Positions 8,835-19,228 are shown, counted from the first letter of the stretch. The stretch: DNA of 64,000 nucleotides from Candidatus Magasanikiibacteriota bacterium (GCA_016193335.1 JACPSK010000008.1:1589-65588), one strand, 5' to 3'. The notes: generated by a model not told the origin, from the letters alone. Translations and numbers: made by a program.

Positions 8835-11285
8835 TCATGACCTAGGTTCCGCTTTGAATTTTTCTTGCAGGAGCTGGAAGACCTTGGTCTGTGCCATATC
8901 CACGTCTTTTGTCTCAAGTGTTTTTTCGTCTGAACGATATACGAGCCTATAGGCCATGCTCTTTTTGCCTTTTTCTATTTCTTGTCCCTGATATATATCA
9001 AATAGTATGATCTCTCGAATAAGCGGATCAGCGGAATTGATCGCTTTAATGATGTCAGCGTGTTGTACTTCTCGACCAACCAAGAAGGCAATGTCACGCT
9101 CTACCTCCGGGTAGAGAGGCAGAGGCTCATAGCGGCTGGAATCTCCAAGCGATGAAACAAGTTTGTCTAAATGTATCTCAGCCATTGCCACACGGGCAAG
9201 CATGCCAACGGCATTTTGAACCAAGGGATGTAATTCGCCAATATGACCAAAGACCGTGTCGCCCTGTTTGATCTCTCCTCCCCGGCCCGGGTGAATAAAA
9301 GCCAGCTCAGGCCGAACACGCTCGACACTCGCTTTTACCCCCAAGCGTTCGAATAGCCCGTCTAAAGCTCTAAGAAGTTCGTGATAAGGCTCTTCGTTTC
9401 CTTTCTTTGCGTACAAGACGCCAAGAAAAGTTTCTTGTTTGGGCAAACAACTTCGATCTCCAAGCCCTGTTTCTTCTCCTTGTTTTTCCTTATGAAACAC
9501 GCGCCCAATTTCAAACATTTTGACTTCATCATAACGGTGCAAATTCGCCTCGACACTTTGCAATAAATTGGGGAGAAGATGTCTCCTTATAAGGGGACGA
9601 TCTTTGGCCACGGGATTCTTGAGTTCAAGATGCAAAGATCGATCTTCACCCAATGAATCCAACCATTCGGGAGATTCAAAAGAATAATTGTATACTTCAG
9701 TATAGCCCTGCTCAAAAGCTAAAAGTTCTTTAATTTTGTGTTCCAGTTCCCGAAGCGGGTTGCCGAGACCCGGGGTGATGGCAAATCGGGGCATGCTCGT
9801 GGGGATATTTTCATATCCGTATACACGAGCAACCTCTTCTACCAAATCTTCTGGAATGGAAATGTCTTTTGTGGCCCGCCAGCTTGGAATGTTCACCAGA
9901 AGATGATCCTTTTTTTCTTTTATGAGAAATCCCAGCCGCGTCAAAATATCCATGACTTGTTTTTTATCAATCTCAACGCCGATTTTCTTCTGCAAAAATT
10001 CCATAGAAAGATCCAGAGGGCCTTGCGGAAGAGCCACGGAACCCGAATCTGTCACAGAGCTTAGCACGCGGGACCCGGGGCATATCTGAAGCGTAAGCTC
10101 CACGAGGCGCCGAAGCCCAGACTCAGCATTGGCAGGATCTTGACTCTTTTCCCATCGTGCCGAGCCTTCTGTTCTGAATCCGAGTTTTTGTGAGGTTTTA
10201 CGCACCGTCACGGCATCAAAATTCGCCGATTCAAAGAGTACCGCGCTTGTTTTTTCAGATACTTGAGTATTCTGACAGCCCATTATTCCTCCCAAGGCAA
10301 CCGGCTTTTCTCCATCAGAAATCACAAACATATCTTCAGTCAATTGACGCTCAACGCCATCCAGGGTTCTGCATGTTTCGCCTTTCTGAGCCTGTCTCAC
10401 CATCATCTGTATATGTTTATTATTCATGGCAAGCTTCTCTATATCAAAGGCATGAGTTGGTTGGGCCAACTCAAACATCACATAATTGGTAATGTCAACA
10501 ATATTATTTATAGGCCGCTGCCCAATGGATCTTAAACGTTTCTGCATCCATTCCGGGGAAGGCCCTATACTGATCCCGCCCACCACAACCCCGGTATAAC
10601 GCGAGCATACATTCTTGTCCTTAATTTTCGCGCTCAATTTATAAACGCGGTCTTCTTGTATATCCGGCGTCTTTAGCTTATTAAGGGTTAAACCCAAAAG
10701 GGCGGCAATTTCACGAGCCACTCCGTAGTGCCCCCACAAATCAGGACGACTTGAAAGCGACTTATTATCAATGGTAAAAATAAGATCATCCAATTCCAAG
10801 GCTTCCGCCAACCCGGTGCCAAGGCTCGCGCTCAGGTGGCTAAGATCAAGAATATCCTTCTCCTCATGTTTTGGAAATAATTCCAGAAGACCTATTTCAT
10901 CAGACGCGCAAATCATACCGTTCGATTCCTCTCCTCGTATGGAGACTTTTTTTAATTCAACCAAGTCGCCTTCTCCATGCCACTTCACCTTTGCTCCTAT
11001 CCGGGCAAAGGCCACCAACATTCCTTTTTGTATATTGGAACCGCCACAAACTACCTGCTGGGTGTCTTTCCCGTCAAAAACTTTACAAATTTTAAGCTTA
11101 TCCGCGTTTGGATGCCCCATGATGTCCTTAATTTTCCCCAATACCACATCTTTTAAAAACAGACCCTGCTCCTGAACGCCATCAAGTTCCACCACGCGAG
11201 TACTCAACAAATCCTTCAGCTCTTCCGAGCTGAATTTGTCTGGAATCTGCACGAAATCTTGTAGCCATTTTTTGGAAATCAACAT
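8835..11285 (-). CDS. pheT: phenylalanine--tRNA ligase beta subunit
   Basis: HPNADKL, VVCGGSN, RPDLWGHYGVARE, INNIVDITNYV, DLVEEVARVYGY, C-terminal FDX-ACB domain. Confidence 0.98.
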   Translation of the reverse strand: MLISKKWLQDFVQIPDKFSSEELKDLLSTRVVELDGVQEQGLFLKDVVLGKIKDIMGHPNADKLKICKVFDGKDTQQVVCGGSNIQKGMLVAFARIGAKVKWHGEGDLVELKKVSIRGEESNGMICASDEIGLLELFPKHEEKDILDLSHLSASLGTGLAEALELDDLIFTIDNKSLSSRPDLWGHYGVAREIAALLGLTLNKLKTPDIQEDRVYKLSAKIKDKNVCSRYTGVVVGGISIGPSPEWMQKRLRSIGQRPINNIVDITNYVMFELAQPTHAFDIEKLAMNNKHIQMMVRQAQKGETCRTLDGVERQLTEDMFVISDGEKPVALGGIMGCQNTQVSEKTSAVLFESANFDAVTVRKTSQKLGFRTEGSARWEKSQDPANAESGLRRLVELTLQICPGSRVLSSVTDSGSVALPQGPLDLSMEFLQKKIGVEIDKKQVMDILTRLGFLIKEKKDHLLVNIPSWRATKDISIPEDLVEEVARVYGYENIPTSMPRFAITPGLGNPLRELEHKIKELLAFEQGYTEVYNYSFESPEWLDSLGEDRSLHLELKNPVAKDRPLIRRHLLPNLLQSVEANLHRYDEVKMFEIGRVFHKEKQGEETGLGDRSCLPKQETFLGVLYAKKGNEEPYHELLRALDGLFERLGVKASVERVRPELAFIHPGRGGEIKQGDTVFGHIGELHPLVQNAVGMLARVAMAEIHLDKLVSSLGDSSRYEPLPLYPEVERDIAFLVGREVQHADIIKAINSADPLIREIILFDIYQGQEIEKGKKSMAYRLVYRSDEKTLETKDVDMAQTKVFQLLQEKFKAEPRS

Positions 11286-11300
11286 AAATTCAAATCAATC

Positions 11301-12320
11301 CTAAAATTGTTTCAAAAATCTCAAATCTCCAGAATGAATATGCCGGATATCTTCCACTCCATATTTGCCCATAACCAAACGATCCACGCCAAGTGAAAAA
11401 GCAAAACCGTCATGTTCGGCAGGATCCAAACCCCCGGCTCGGATTACATGTGGATGGATCATTCCACAACCAACGATCTCAGTCCATTTGGTTTTTTGAT
11501 CCTTGCCAAGACCAAAGCTTACTTTCATTTCCATCTCAAATCCCGGTTCAACGAAGGGGAAAAAAGCCGGCCGCAAACGCAATTCAACTTTTCTCTTGTA
11601 CAATCCTTCAAGCAGAGTTTTGATGACGCCAACCAAATTCCCAATAGTTAAATTTTTATCCACGACAATACAGTCGAACTGATAAAAAGTGTGCCCATGC
11701 GTGGCGTCCAGGGCTTCATTTCTAAACACACGGCCGAGATGCACTGCCCTAAGAGGCGCTCCATAACGCCGCATCTGTCTTACCTGCATGCCGGAAACAT
11801 GAGAGCGCATGGTCCAATGCGGATGATCTTTTATATAAAAAGTATCCTGAGCTTCTCGGGCGGGATGAAATTCCGGGATATTAAGAGCATCAAAAATATA
11901 ATAATCACTTTCAATCTCAGGGCCGTCTTCAATGACAAAACCCATTTTTTTTGCGATTTCTTCCAGTTCCCATATAGATTGGGTGATGGGATGCAGATGT
12001 CCTTTCTCCCTCCCATCCAAAGAAGGCTCGCTCAGATCTATTGCTTCGGTTTCAGCTATTTTAGCCATCCCTCTGAAACTCAATTCTGTTTTTTTCTTCA
12101 AAAGCAAGGCTTGAAGTTCCGATTTTGTCGTGTTCGCGAGGCTACCGGCCTCTCTGCGCGCTTCAGCGGAGAAATCCTTGAGCTTTTTCATGATAAGAGT
12201 AAAAGCACCGGATTTACGCGAAAAAAATCTCTCTTCAAATAAAATCAAATCAGACAAATTTGAAATATCCCTCAATCCCTTTTCAAATTCTTTTTTTATT
12301 TGTTCCAATTTTTTGTTCAT
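11301..12320 (-). CDS. pheS: phenylalanine--tRNA ligase alpha subunit
   Basis: GHLHP, FDALNIPEFHPAR, GRVFRNE, FFPFVEPG, GCGMIHP, GFAFSLGVDRL. Confidence 0.98.
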   Translation of the reverse strand: MNKKLEQIKKEFEKGLRDISNLSDLILFEERFFSRKSGAFTLIMKKLKDFSAEARREAGSLANTTKSELQALLLKKKTELSFRGMAKIAETEAIDLSEPSLDGREKGHLHPITQSIWELEEIAKKMGFVIEDGPEIESDYYIFDALNIPEFHPAREAQDTFYIKDHPHWTMRSHVSGMQVRQMRRYGAPLRAVHLGRVFRNEALDATHGHTFYQFDCIVVDKNLTIGNLVGVIKTLLEGLYKRKVELRLRPAFFPFVEPGFEMEMKVSFGLGKDQKTKWTEIVGCGMIHPHVIRAGGLDPAEHDGFAFSLGVDRLVMGKYGVEDIRHIHSGDLRFLKQF

Positions 12321-12340
12321 AAAGAATATTTCAATACGTT

Positions 12341-13516
12341 TTAGAGAAGTCCGGCCACATCTTTATAGGTTACTGCCACAATCAAAATCATAAGCAGTAT
12401 AAATCCTATAGTGTGAGCGGCCTGCTCATATTTCATGGGTACCGGCCGTCCGATAAACTTTTGTATGATAACAAACAAAGCCCGTCCTCCATCCAAAGCA
12501 GGGATCGGAAGCACATTGATAGCCGCCAAACTCAAAGATATCATTGCCGTGACATTCAAAAGATAATGAAAACCCAATCTGGCACTCTGTCCCACCACAA
12601 CGGCGATGCCCACCGGGCCCGCAACGCCAAAAGCCATGCCATCCCCGAGAATAAGGCCTTTGATTAAAATATAAAAACCTATAAATATATTAAAAAGGGC
12701 GATGCCGGCGGCCACAAAACCTTTGTACAAAGCAATGTACCAAGGATAGCGAACCACACCCGCGTCTGCAAGCACGATTCCCAGACGAGGAGCCGCGCCA
12801 CTTTGAAGCTCTGCGGGCTTCAAAACAATACTTTCAGTTTGATCTTGACGTTCTAAGACAAGAGTCATATTTTCTTTACTATGAGCCCTCACATATTCTA
12901 TCATCTGGGTGGCGGTGTGGATAGAAATTCCGTCTATGCTCAAAATTTTATCGCCGAATTGAAGCCCTCCGGCTTCTGCCGGAGAATTATCTTCCACTTG
13001 CTGGACGAGAACCGCGGATTCTTCGACCACGATGGCACGCGGATCTTGAAGCAAAGATGCCTCAGCCGGCAGTCCTACCGTAAAACCAAAACTAAGCAAG
13101 ACCGCGGCCAACAAAACATTCATGGCCACTCCTGATAAAAGCACCACTAATTTTTTCCAAGCTTTATGATAGCCGAAACTATCGCAATCTTCGGTTTCTT
13201 CTCCATTCTCACCTTTTATTTTTACAAAACCCCCCAAAGGAAGCCAGTTGACTGAGTACAAAGTGGCAGGGAATTCATCGGCTATTTTCCTCTCGGATCC
13301 GCCCACAGTCTGTCTTAACATACTCGTGCCCCTGCCCTTCACCCATATCCATTTTCCTGATCCGGGGTCTTTGTACACGCCAAAAGCCCTGGGTGGGAAC
13401 CCAAAACCGAATTCATGTACTTTCATTCCGGACTTTCGAGCAGTCACAAAATGGCCCCATTCGTGGACGAGCACAAGGACGCTGAGTATGGCGATAAATA
13501 TAAGGGCCGTAATCAT
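12341..13516 (-). CDS. rseP: RIP metalloprotease RseP (M50 with PDZ)
   Basis: HEWGH, LPLGGFVKI, PDZ domain, NVLPIPALDGGR. Confidence 0.96.
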   Translation of the reverse strand: MITALIFIAILSVLVLVHEWGHFVTARKSGMKVHEFGFGFPPRAFGVYKDPGSGKWIWVKGRGTSMLRQTVGGSERKIADEFPATLYSVNWLPLGGFVKIKGENGEETEDCDSFGYHKAWKKLVVLLSGVAMNVLLAAVLLSFGFTVGLPAEASLLQDPRAIVVEESAVLVQQVEDNSPAEAGGLQFGDKILSIDGISIHTATQMIEYVRAHSKENMTLVLERQDQTESIVLKPAELQSGAAPRLGIVLADAGVVRYPWYIALYKGFVAAGIALFNIFIGFYILIKGLILGDGMAFGVAGPVGIAVVVGQSARLGFHYLLNVTAMISLSLAAINVLPIPALDGGRALFVIIQKFIGRPVPMKYEQAAHTIGFILLMILIVAVTYKDVAGLL

Positions 13517-13716
13517 AATTGACTAAAATACCTTTATAAGGCTACAATAACGACAGTAGTATGCCACAAAGATCCGGGGTAATCAACTCTCCTACGCTAG
13601 GATCTGACAGACGGCACATGAATCCCTATGTTAATTTTTAAACAATACAGATTTGATCGGGATTAAAAATTAAAAAAATAAAAATTGTAAATTATAAATC
13701 ACTTAAACAGATATAT

Positions 13717-14280
13717 ATGTCCATACTCTACATAATGCTCGCTATCATCGTAATTGGAATACTATGGGTCATCGGCGTTTACAATAGTCTCATAAAACTC
13801 AGAAACAGAACCAAAGAAGGATGGAGCGATATAGACGTTCAACTCAAACGCAGACACGATCTTATACCAAATTTGATAGAAAGCGTGAAGGGCTACATGA
13901 AACATGAACGCGAATTACTGGAAAAGATAACCCAGTATCGTTCCAAAGCCGTGGAAATGCAAAAAAGCGGTAATTCAAAAGAACTCGCAAAAACAGAAGG
14001 CATGCTCGGAAATATGCTCGGACAATTGCAAATCGCCGTGGAAGCTTATCCGGACCTCAAAGCCAACCAAAATGTTGGTCAACTTATGGACGAATTGTCC
14101 GACACTGAAAATAAAATTCAGGCATCCCGAAGATTTTACAATGGCATGGTTAGGGATTTCAATACCAAAATTGAACAATTTCCCAACAACCTCATAGCAA
14201 ATATGCTCAAATTTAATGCTTTTGATTTCTTTGAGATAGAAGACGCAAAAGAACGGGAAAACGTAAAAGTGGCATTCTAA
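13717..14280 (+). CDS. lemA: LemA family protein
   Basis: WSDIDVQLKRRHDLIPNL, EAYPDLKANQN, FPNNLIA. Confidence 0.96.
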   Translation: MSILYIMLAIIVIGILWVIGVYNSLIKLRNRTKEGWSDIDVQLKRRHDLIPNLIESVKGYMKHERELLEKITQYRSKAVEMQKSGNSKELAKTEGMLGNMLGQLQIAVEAYPDLKANQNVGQLMDELSDTENKIQASRRFYNGMVRDFNTKIEQFPNNLIANMLKFNAFDFFEIEDAKERENVKVAF

Positions 14281-14304
14281 AATAAAACAGATCGATCCAT
14301 ATCT

Positions 14305-15177
14305 ATGTACTCACAAATAGACTCAAATAAACGTAAAACCAATATCCTTATATTGATTTTCATTATCTTCGTTCTTGGCATTGGCTGGTTTTTTAACGCA
14401 TATATGGGCTATGGATACGGCGCCGTCGCGTTTGCCATGCTTGTGTCTATCGCCATGTCTCTTTTCAGTTATTATAAAGGAGATACAATAGCTCTCAAAT
14501 CAAGCGGCGCGAAGGAAATACAAAAAAATGACAACCCTTATCTTTGGCGCATGGTGGAAAATCTCGCGATTACCGCCGGGATTCCTATGCCGAAAATTCA
14601 TATCATAGATTCCCCTGCCCTCAATGCCTTCGCCACAGGGCGGGATCCTGAGCATGCATCCATAGCGGTTACCACAGGCATCATCCAAGCTCTTGAAAAC
14701 GAAGAACTCGAAGGCGTGATCGCTCACGAGCTCTCCCATGTCAAAAATTTTGATATCCGCGTGATGACCGTAGTCGTGGTTTTAGTTGGGTCCATCGCCC
14801 TCCTTTCTGATTTTTTCTTTCGGGCACATTTTTACGGGGGCAGACGAGGTAAAGACAATAAGGCAGGCGGCATCTTTATGATTATCGGGCTCCTGGCTCT
14901 CATTATATCCCCTGTCGTCGCAGAGCTGATCAAGCTTGCCATATCCCGCAAGCGAGAATTCTTGGCAGACGCTTCGGGCGCTCTTCTGACTCGCTATCCC
15001 GAAGCTTTGGCCCGGGCTCTCGAAAAAATTTCAGCTTCATCCATCCCTTTGCAAAGAGCCAGCGCCGCAACAGCCCATCTTTTCATTTCCAATCCGTTCA
15101 AGAAAAAAAATCTCTCCTCTCTTTTTTCCACTCATCCACCTATTGAAGAGCGGGTAAAAAGGCTGAGAGAGACCTAA
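14305..15177 (+). CDS. htpX: HtpX-like M48 zinc metalloprotease
   Basis: NAFATGR, GVIAHELSH, SRKREFLADA, FSTHPP. Confidence 0.95.
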   Translation: MYSQIDSNKRKTNILILIFIIFVLGIGWFFNAYMGYGYGAVAFAMLVSIAMSLFSYYKGDTIALKSSGAKEIQKNDNPYLWRMVENLAITAGIPMPKIHIIDSPALNAFATGRDPEHASIAVTTGIIQALENEELEGVIAHELSHVKNFDIRVMTVVVVLVGSIALLSDFFFRAHFYGGRRGKDNKAGGIFMIIGLLALIISPVVAELIKLAISRKREFLADASGALLTRYPEALARALEKISASSIPLQRASAATAHLFISNPFKKKNLSSLFSTHPPIEERVKRLRET

Positions 15178-15268
15178 ATGACAATTCTTAATTTACAGTT
15201 TGTAATTTATTAAACCGAAAGACATAACTTTGAAAAAATTCAAAGTTTTTTTAAAAAAATAAAAATCT

Positions 15269-16726
15269 GTGAACATCCCAAAAACCATGAGCACTCAGCA
15301 TCCGGACAATGTGCATGTCCCCTTTTTCGCCGAAGATTCCGTCTTGGGCGGTGAAGACGAAATACAAGAAGCCTTCTATGCTTATTCACATCTCAATTGC
15401 CATGAACAAATGTGGGATTTTGAAGGCAAAGAAGTGGATAATTTTGTCGTAAAAAAACTCCTGAGCAAAAATGAAATTTTCTTCAAAAAAAACAAACTCG
15501 GCCAAGACTTGCGCCTCACCTTTCGGGTGCCGAATCCTGAGGTGGAAAAAGCCGAAGCCAAAATTCTTTTGGAAACATTGGAAAGCATTCCCCGTTCTTT
15601 CGACGCGGCAAAATTGTTTTACAAACAAGACATAGCGCCTGTCTTTGAGGTCATTTTACCGATGTCAAAAAATGCCGAGGAACTCAACCGAATTTACTAT
15701 TATTACAAAGACATGGTGGCCGGCAAACAGCAGCGCAACTTGAACGGCAATGACATGACCATCGCCGAGTGGATCGGTGAATTCAAACCAGAAACAATAA
15801 ATGTCATTCCCCTATTTGAAGACAAAGAAGATCTGCTCAGAGCCCATGAAGTGGTGAAAAAATTTCTGAAAGGTAAACATATGAGCTATCAACGGGTGTT
15901 CCTCGCCCGCTCGGATCCAGCGGTAAACTACGGATCTCTAAGCGCGGTCCTACTGAATAAAATAGCTCTCCAACGCCTGCAAAAAACATCAAAAGAACTG
16001 GGCATACCGCTCTACCCCATTTTGGGAGCCGGCTCTGCCCCATTCCGAGGAAATTTAAGACCTCAAACCGTAGAGCGAATGATTTTAGGCTATCCGAGCG
16101 TGCACACCTATACTATCCAATCTTCTTTTAAGTTCGACCACCAGCCCGAAGATGTGCGAAAAGCCATAGAACACATTAACAACCACGAAAGTGGAGAAGC
16201 AATAGAAATAGACGAACCAAGAGCTCTGGAAATCATAGAACGCTACAGCGCCGAATACAGGAAACAAGTAAAAAAACTCGCTTCAGTCATCAACAAAATT
16301 TCTCCTTTCGTACCAAAAAGAAGAAAACGGAAACTCCATATAGGTTTGTTCGGATATTCTCGAGATATGGACGGCATACGTTTGCCCAGGGCCATTACCT
16401 TTACAGCGGCTCTGTATTCCATAGGAATACCTCCAGAGCTGTTAGGCCTCAATGCTATCACTCCTGAAGACAAATCTTTCATCAACTCGGTATACACAAA
16501 TTTTGAATATGACTTAAGAGACCCATTGCGCTATACTAATATACGCAGTCCTTTTATGCCGCCTGAAGTGGAACAAAGTATCCGCCCTCTCATGGAGCAC
16601 ACAGAAAGCGATGCTTATCACGCCCAGCTCATTCATCTCATGTGTAAAGGACTCCAAGAAAACGTTCATGATGAATTGAAAACTCAAATACTCGAAGCGG
16701 CGAGGATCCGCGGATATTTGGGATAA
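15269..16726 (+). CDS. ppcA: archaeal-type phosphoenolpyruvate carboxylase
   Basis: IPKTMSTQHPDN, EQMWDFEGK, VIPLFED, RVFLARSDPAVNYG, GSAPFRG, LPRAITFTAALYSIGIPPE. Confidence 0.95.
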   Translation: MNIPKTMSTQHPDNVHVPFFAEDSVLGGEDEIQEAFYAYSHLNCHEQMWDFEGKEVDNFVVKKLLSKNEIFFKKNKLGQDLRLTFRVPNPEVEKAEAKILLETLESIPRSFDAAKLFYKQDIAPVFEVILPMSKNAEELNRIYYYYKDMVAGKQQRNLNGNDMTIAEWIGEFKPETINVIPLFEDKEDLLRAHEVVKKFLKGKHMSYQRVFLARSDPAVNYGSLSAVLLNKIALQRLQKTSKELGIPLYPILGAGSAPFRGNLRPQTVERMILGYPSVHTYTIQSSFKFDHQPEDVRKAIEHINNHESGEAIEIDEPRALEIIERYSAEYRKQVKKLASVINKISPFVPKRRKRKLHIGLFGYSRDMDGIRLPRAITFTAALYSIGIPPELLGLNAITPEDKSFINSVYTNFEYDLRDPLRYTNIRSPFMPPEVEQSIRPLMEHTESDAYHAQLIHLMCKGLQENVHDELKTQILEAARIRGYLG

Positions 16727-16735
16727 CATAGATCT

Positions 16736-17131
16736 ATGCCTACCACAAAAAAAGATCTTAAAAAGCTCAAAAAACTCGGACGAAGCGCAAAACCAAGCAG
16801 AACTCTTGAAGTATTTCCGAACCATGCGGGAGAAAATATGACCGTCAGTCTTGATTGCAAAGAATTCACCTGCAAGTGCCCCCTTACCGGACAGCCTGAC
16901 TACGCCCACATTCTGCTTACCTACACTCCGGACAAGTACGTGGTAGAATCAAAATCCATGAAGCTGTACCTGGAATCATACCGAGACACGGGAGTCTTTC
17001 ACGAACATCTGGCCGTGGACATAGCAAAAGATTTCATCACATACGTTCAGCCTCTTTCGCTTAGCGTGCTTGTAAGCTTCAATGTGCGCGGAGGCATTTC
17101 AATTTCGGCCGATTACCATTGGAATAGATAA
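16736..17131 (+). CDS. queF: preQ1 synthase (NADPH-dependent 7-cyano-7-deazaguanine reductase), unimodular
   Basis: EFTCKCPLTGQPDYA, QueF motif ESKSMKLYLESYR, FHE, RGGI. Confidence 0.92.
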   Translation: MPTTKKDLKKLKKLGRSAKPSRTLEVFPNHAGENMTVSLDCKEFTCKCPLTGQPDYAHILLTYTPDKYVVESKSMKLYLESYRDTGVFHEHLAVDIAKDFITYVQPLSLSVLVSFNVRGGISISADYHWNR

Positions 17132-17134
17132 AAA

Positions 17135-17674
17135 GTGCCAAACCCAAACCACATAACCCGTATGAATCATACCGCGAATCAGACAAAAGCTCCCTCAGGA
17201 TTTATGGTAAACTCCGCTCTCAAAGTGGCCCTCCTCTCAGTAAGCACTTTTGGTTTATACGAACTGTATTGGTTTTGGATAAATTGGAATGTGGTAAAAG
17301 AAAAAGAAAAAACAAAAATCTGGCCCATCGGTCGCGCTCTTTTCAGTGTGATTTTTTGCTTTCCTCTCTTCAAAAAAATACTTTCAGAAGCTTCGGAGAC
17401 CTCAAATCCAAAAAAATTCACCGCCCTTCAGTTGGCCTTTATTTATATATTTCTATCTTTCCTGGGCATCTTGCCAAACCCATATTGGATACTGGGAATC
17501 ATGACTTTCTACCCCCTAATGGAAATACAATCCATTATCAACAAAAATGCAAAAACAGAACAGCCAAAGGCGCAAAATACCTTCTTCTCAGATTTTTCAA
17601 CCCTTGAACTCTCAATCATAGTGATAGGCAGTATTTTGCTTGCCGTGGGAATCGCTTCCGCCATCAAAGGATAA
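17135..17674 (+). CDS. hypothetical membrane protein (DUF4234-like)
   Basis: LLSVSTFGLYELYWF motif, about 4-5 TM segments. Confidence 0.7.
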   Translation: MPNPNHITRMNHTANQTKAPSGFMVNSALKVALLSVSTFGLYELYWFWINWNVVKEKEKTKIWPIGRALFSVIFCFPLFKKILSEASETSNPKKFTALQLAFIYIFLSFLGILPNPYWILGIMTFYPLMEIQSIINKNAKTEQPKAQNTFFSDFSTLELSIIVIGSILLAVGIASAIKG

Positions 17675-17680
17675 AACAGT

Positions 17681-18454
17681 ATGGACAAAAAAAGAACACT
17701 CGTAACCGGAGCATCAAGTGGAATAGGAAAAGAACTCGCCCTTTGTTTCGCCCGCGCTGGTTATGACTTAGTGCTGGTGTCGAGACAAGAAAACAAACTG
17801 CGCAAGCTGTCAAAAGAATGCGAAGAACGATACGGTACAAAAAGTCTTATCATAGCGAAAGACCTTAGTGATGTTTGCGCTCCAAAACAAATTTTTGACA
17901 TTTTGGAACAACATAAAATAGACGTGGACGTATTGGTGAACAATGCTGGTTTTGGCGTATATGGACATTTTTCAAACACGCATAGAGAAACAGAACTGAA
18001 CATGATACAACTCAATATCAGCGCTCTCACCGATCTCACCAAACTCTTATTAGCGCAGATGTTGCGTAGACGCTCGGGAAAAATTCTCAATGTCGCTTCA
18101 ACGGCCGCTTTCCAGCCAGGGCCCGTCATGGCCGTGTATTTTGCCAGCAAAGCTTACGTGCTGTCTTTTTCCGAAGCTCTGGCCCATGAACTTAAACCCC
18201 ATGGCATTACCGTGACCTGCCTTTGCCCCGGCCCCACAAAAACTGAATTCGCGTCGCGAGCGGCCAGAGAGAAAGAATTATTGTACAGCCCCTATGCCAT
18301 GAATGCCGACGAGGTCGCCAAACTCGCTTATAAAGGTCTCACAAAAGGCAAGACCCTTGTGATAGCCGGATTCAAAAACAAATGTCTGATTTTTCTGCAA
18401 AGATTCCTACCCCGTTCTTTGGTCCGAAATATCGTAGGACGCATTATGAAATAA
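17681..18454 (+). CDS. SDR family oxidoreductase (DltE-like)
   Basis: TGASSGIG, NNAG, catalytic YFASK, CPGPTKTEF. Confidence 0.95.
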   Translation: MDKKRTLVTGASSGIGKELALCFARAGYDLVLVSRQENKLRKLSKECEERYGTKSLIIAKDLSDVCAPKQIFDILEQHKIDVDVLVNNAGFGVYGHFSNTHRETELNMIQLNISALTDLTKLLLAQMLRRRSGKILNVASTAAFQPGPVMAVYFASKAYVLSFSEALAHELKPHGITVTCLCPGPTKTEFASRAAREKELLYSPYAMNADEVAKLAYKGLTKGKTLVIAGFKNKCLIFLQRFLPRSLVRNIVGRIMK

Positions 18455-18467
18455 GCTAGGACAGATA

Positions 18468-18626
18468 ATGAACAGATTACTGCTACGACTCGGTTTAATC
18501 GAAGATGCGGTCTCTTTCTTGGGCTATACCATGGAATCCTGCACCGATATGACTTCAACTAAAGTGCTAAAATACTATGGTGAAAATCCAGACTTCCAGA
18601 GTTTCAAACAGAATCCTAAAACATGA
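18468..18626 (+). CDS. putative 52-aa small protein
   Basis: AGGA then ATG18468..TGA18626; fills the gap between the SDR gene and a terminator. Confidence 0.4.
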   Translation: MNRLLLRLGLIEDAVSFLGYTMESCTDMTSTKVLKYYGENPDFQSFKQNPKT

Positions 18627-18647
18627 GCATCCTCTCAAAGAAAATAA

Positions 18648-18674
18648 ATCCGCCCACTGTCTAAGCGGGCGGAT
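18648..18674. terminator. hairpin terminator between convergent operons
   Basis: atccgccc...gggcggat flanked by A/T runs. Confidence 0.6.
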
Positions 18675-18697
18675 CGAATTTTTCTCGTGAGAAAAAT

Positions 18698-19045
18698 TTA
18701 TATCTCAATATTATCGATAGCGCTGGTGTCAACCTCTTCCCTCGCAGGTCTCGAGTCAAGAGGTCTCGAGTCAGCCTGCATTCTTCTGCTACCTTCGGGT
18801 TCATTAATTTTCAAATTTACGCTTGCGTTATTTTTTGCTCCCACTACGCGCAAAAGAGTTCTGAGCGCTCTTACGGTCTGGCCGCGTCGACCAATTACAT
18901 ACCCTATATCGGTCTGATTAACATCCAAGGTAAGCAAGACTCCTCGTTCGTCAACAGTTCTCGTAGATTTTACATTCTCAGGATGATTTACAATAGCCCT
19001 TACCACGAACTCCAAAAATTGTTGATCCGTATATGCTTCTGCCAT
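18698..19045 (-). CDS. khpA: KH-domain RNA-binding protein KhpA
   Basis: FLEFVVRAIVNHPE, DIGYVIGRRGQT..ALRTLL; sits downstream of rpsP as usual. Confidence 0.92.
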   Translation of the reverse strand: MAEAYTDQQFLEFVVRAIVNHPENVKSTRTVDERGVLLTLDVNQTDIGYVIGRRGQTVRALRTLLRVVGAKNNASVNLKINEPEGSRRMQADSRPLDSRPAREEVDTSAIDNIEI

Positions 19046-19228
19046 ATCTTTATTATCTATTGAATTAGAATATACCTTAAGCCCCAAAACTGTCGACAAT
19101 CCCTCTTCGGGTCAGTTTTGTGTGGATTACTATACCATGAGGCTAGGTCACGGTCAAGATAAAATATAAAACTGTCCACAAGGAACAGTTTTATAATGTT
19201 TCAAATAAGGTCCGGAAATCTTGTCTAT

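Noticed and set aside
13675-15210. Recurrent intergenic AATTTACAA/TTGTAAATT-like words (about 13684 and 15190, also 33340)
   Set aside because: Low-complexity AT-rich sequence that cannot be told from chance without a statistical test.
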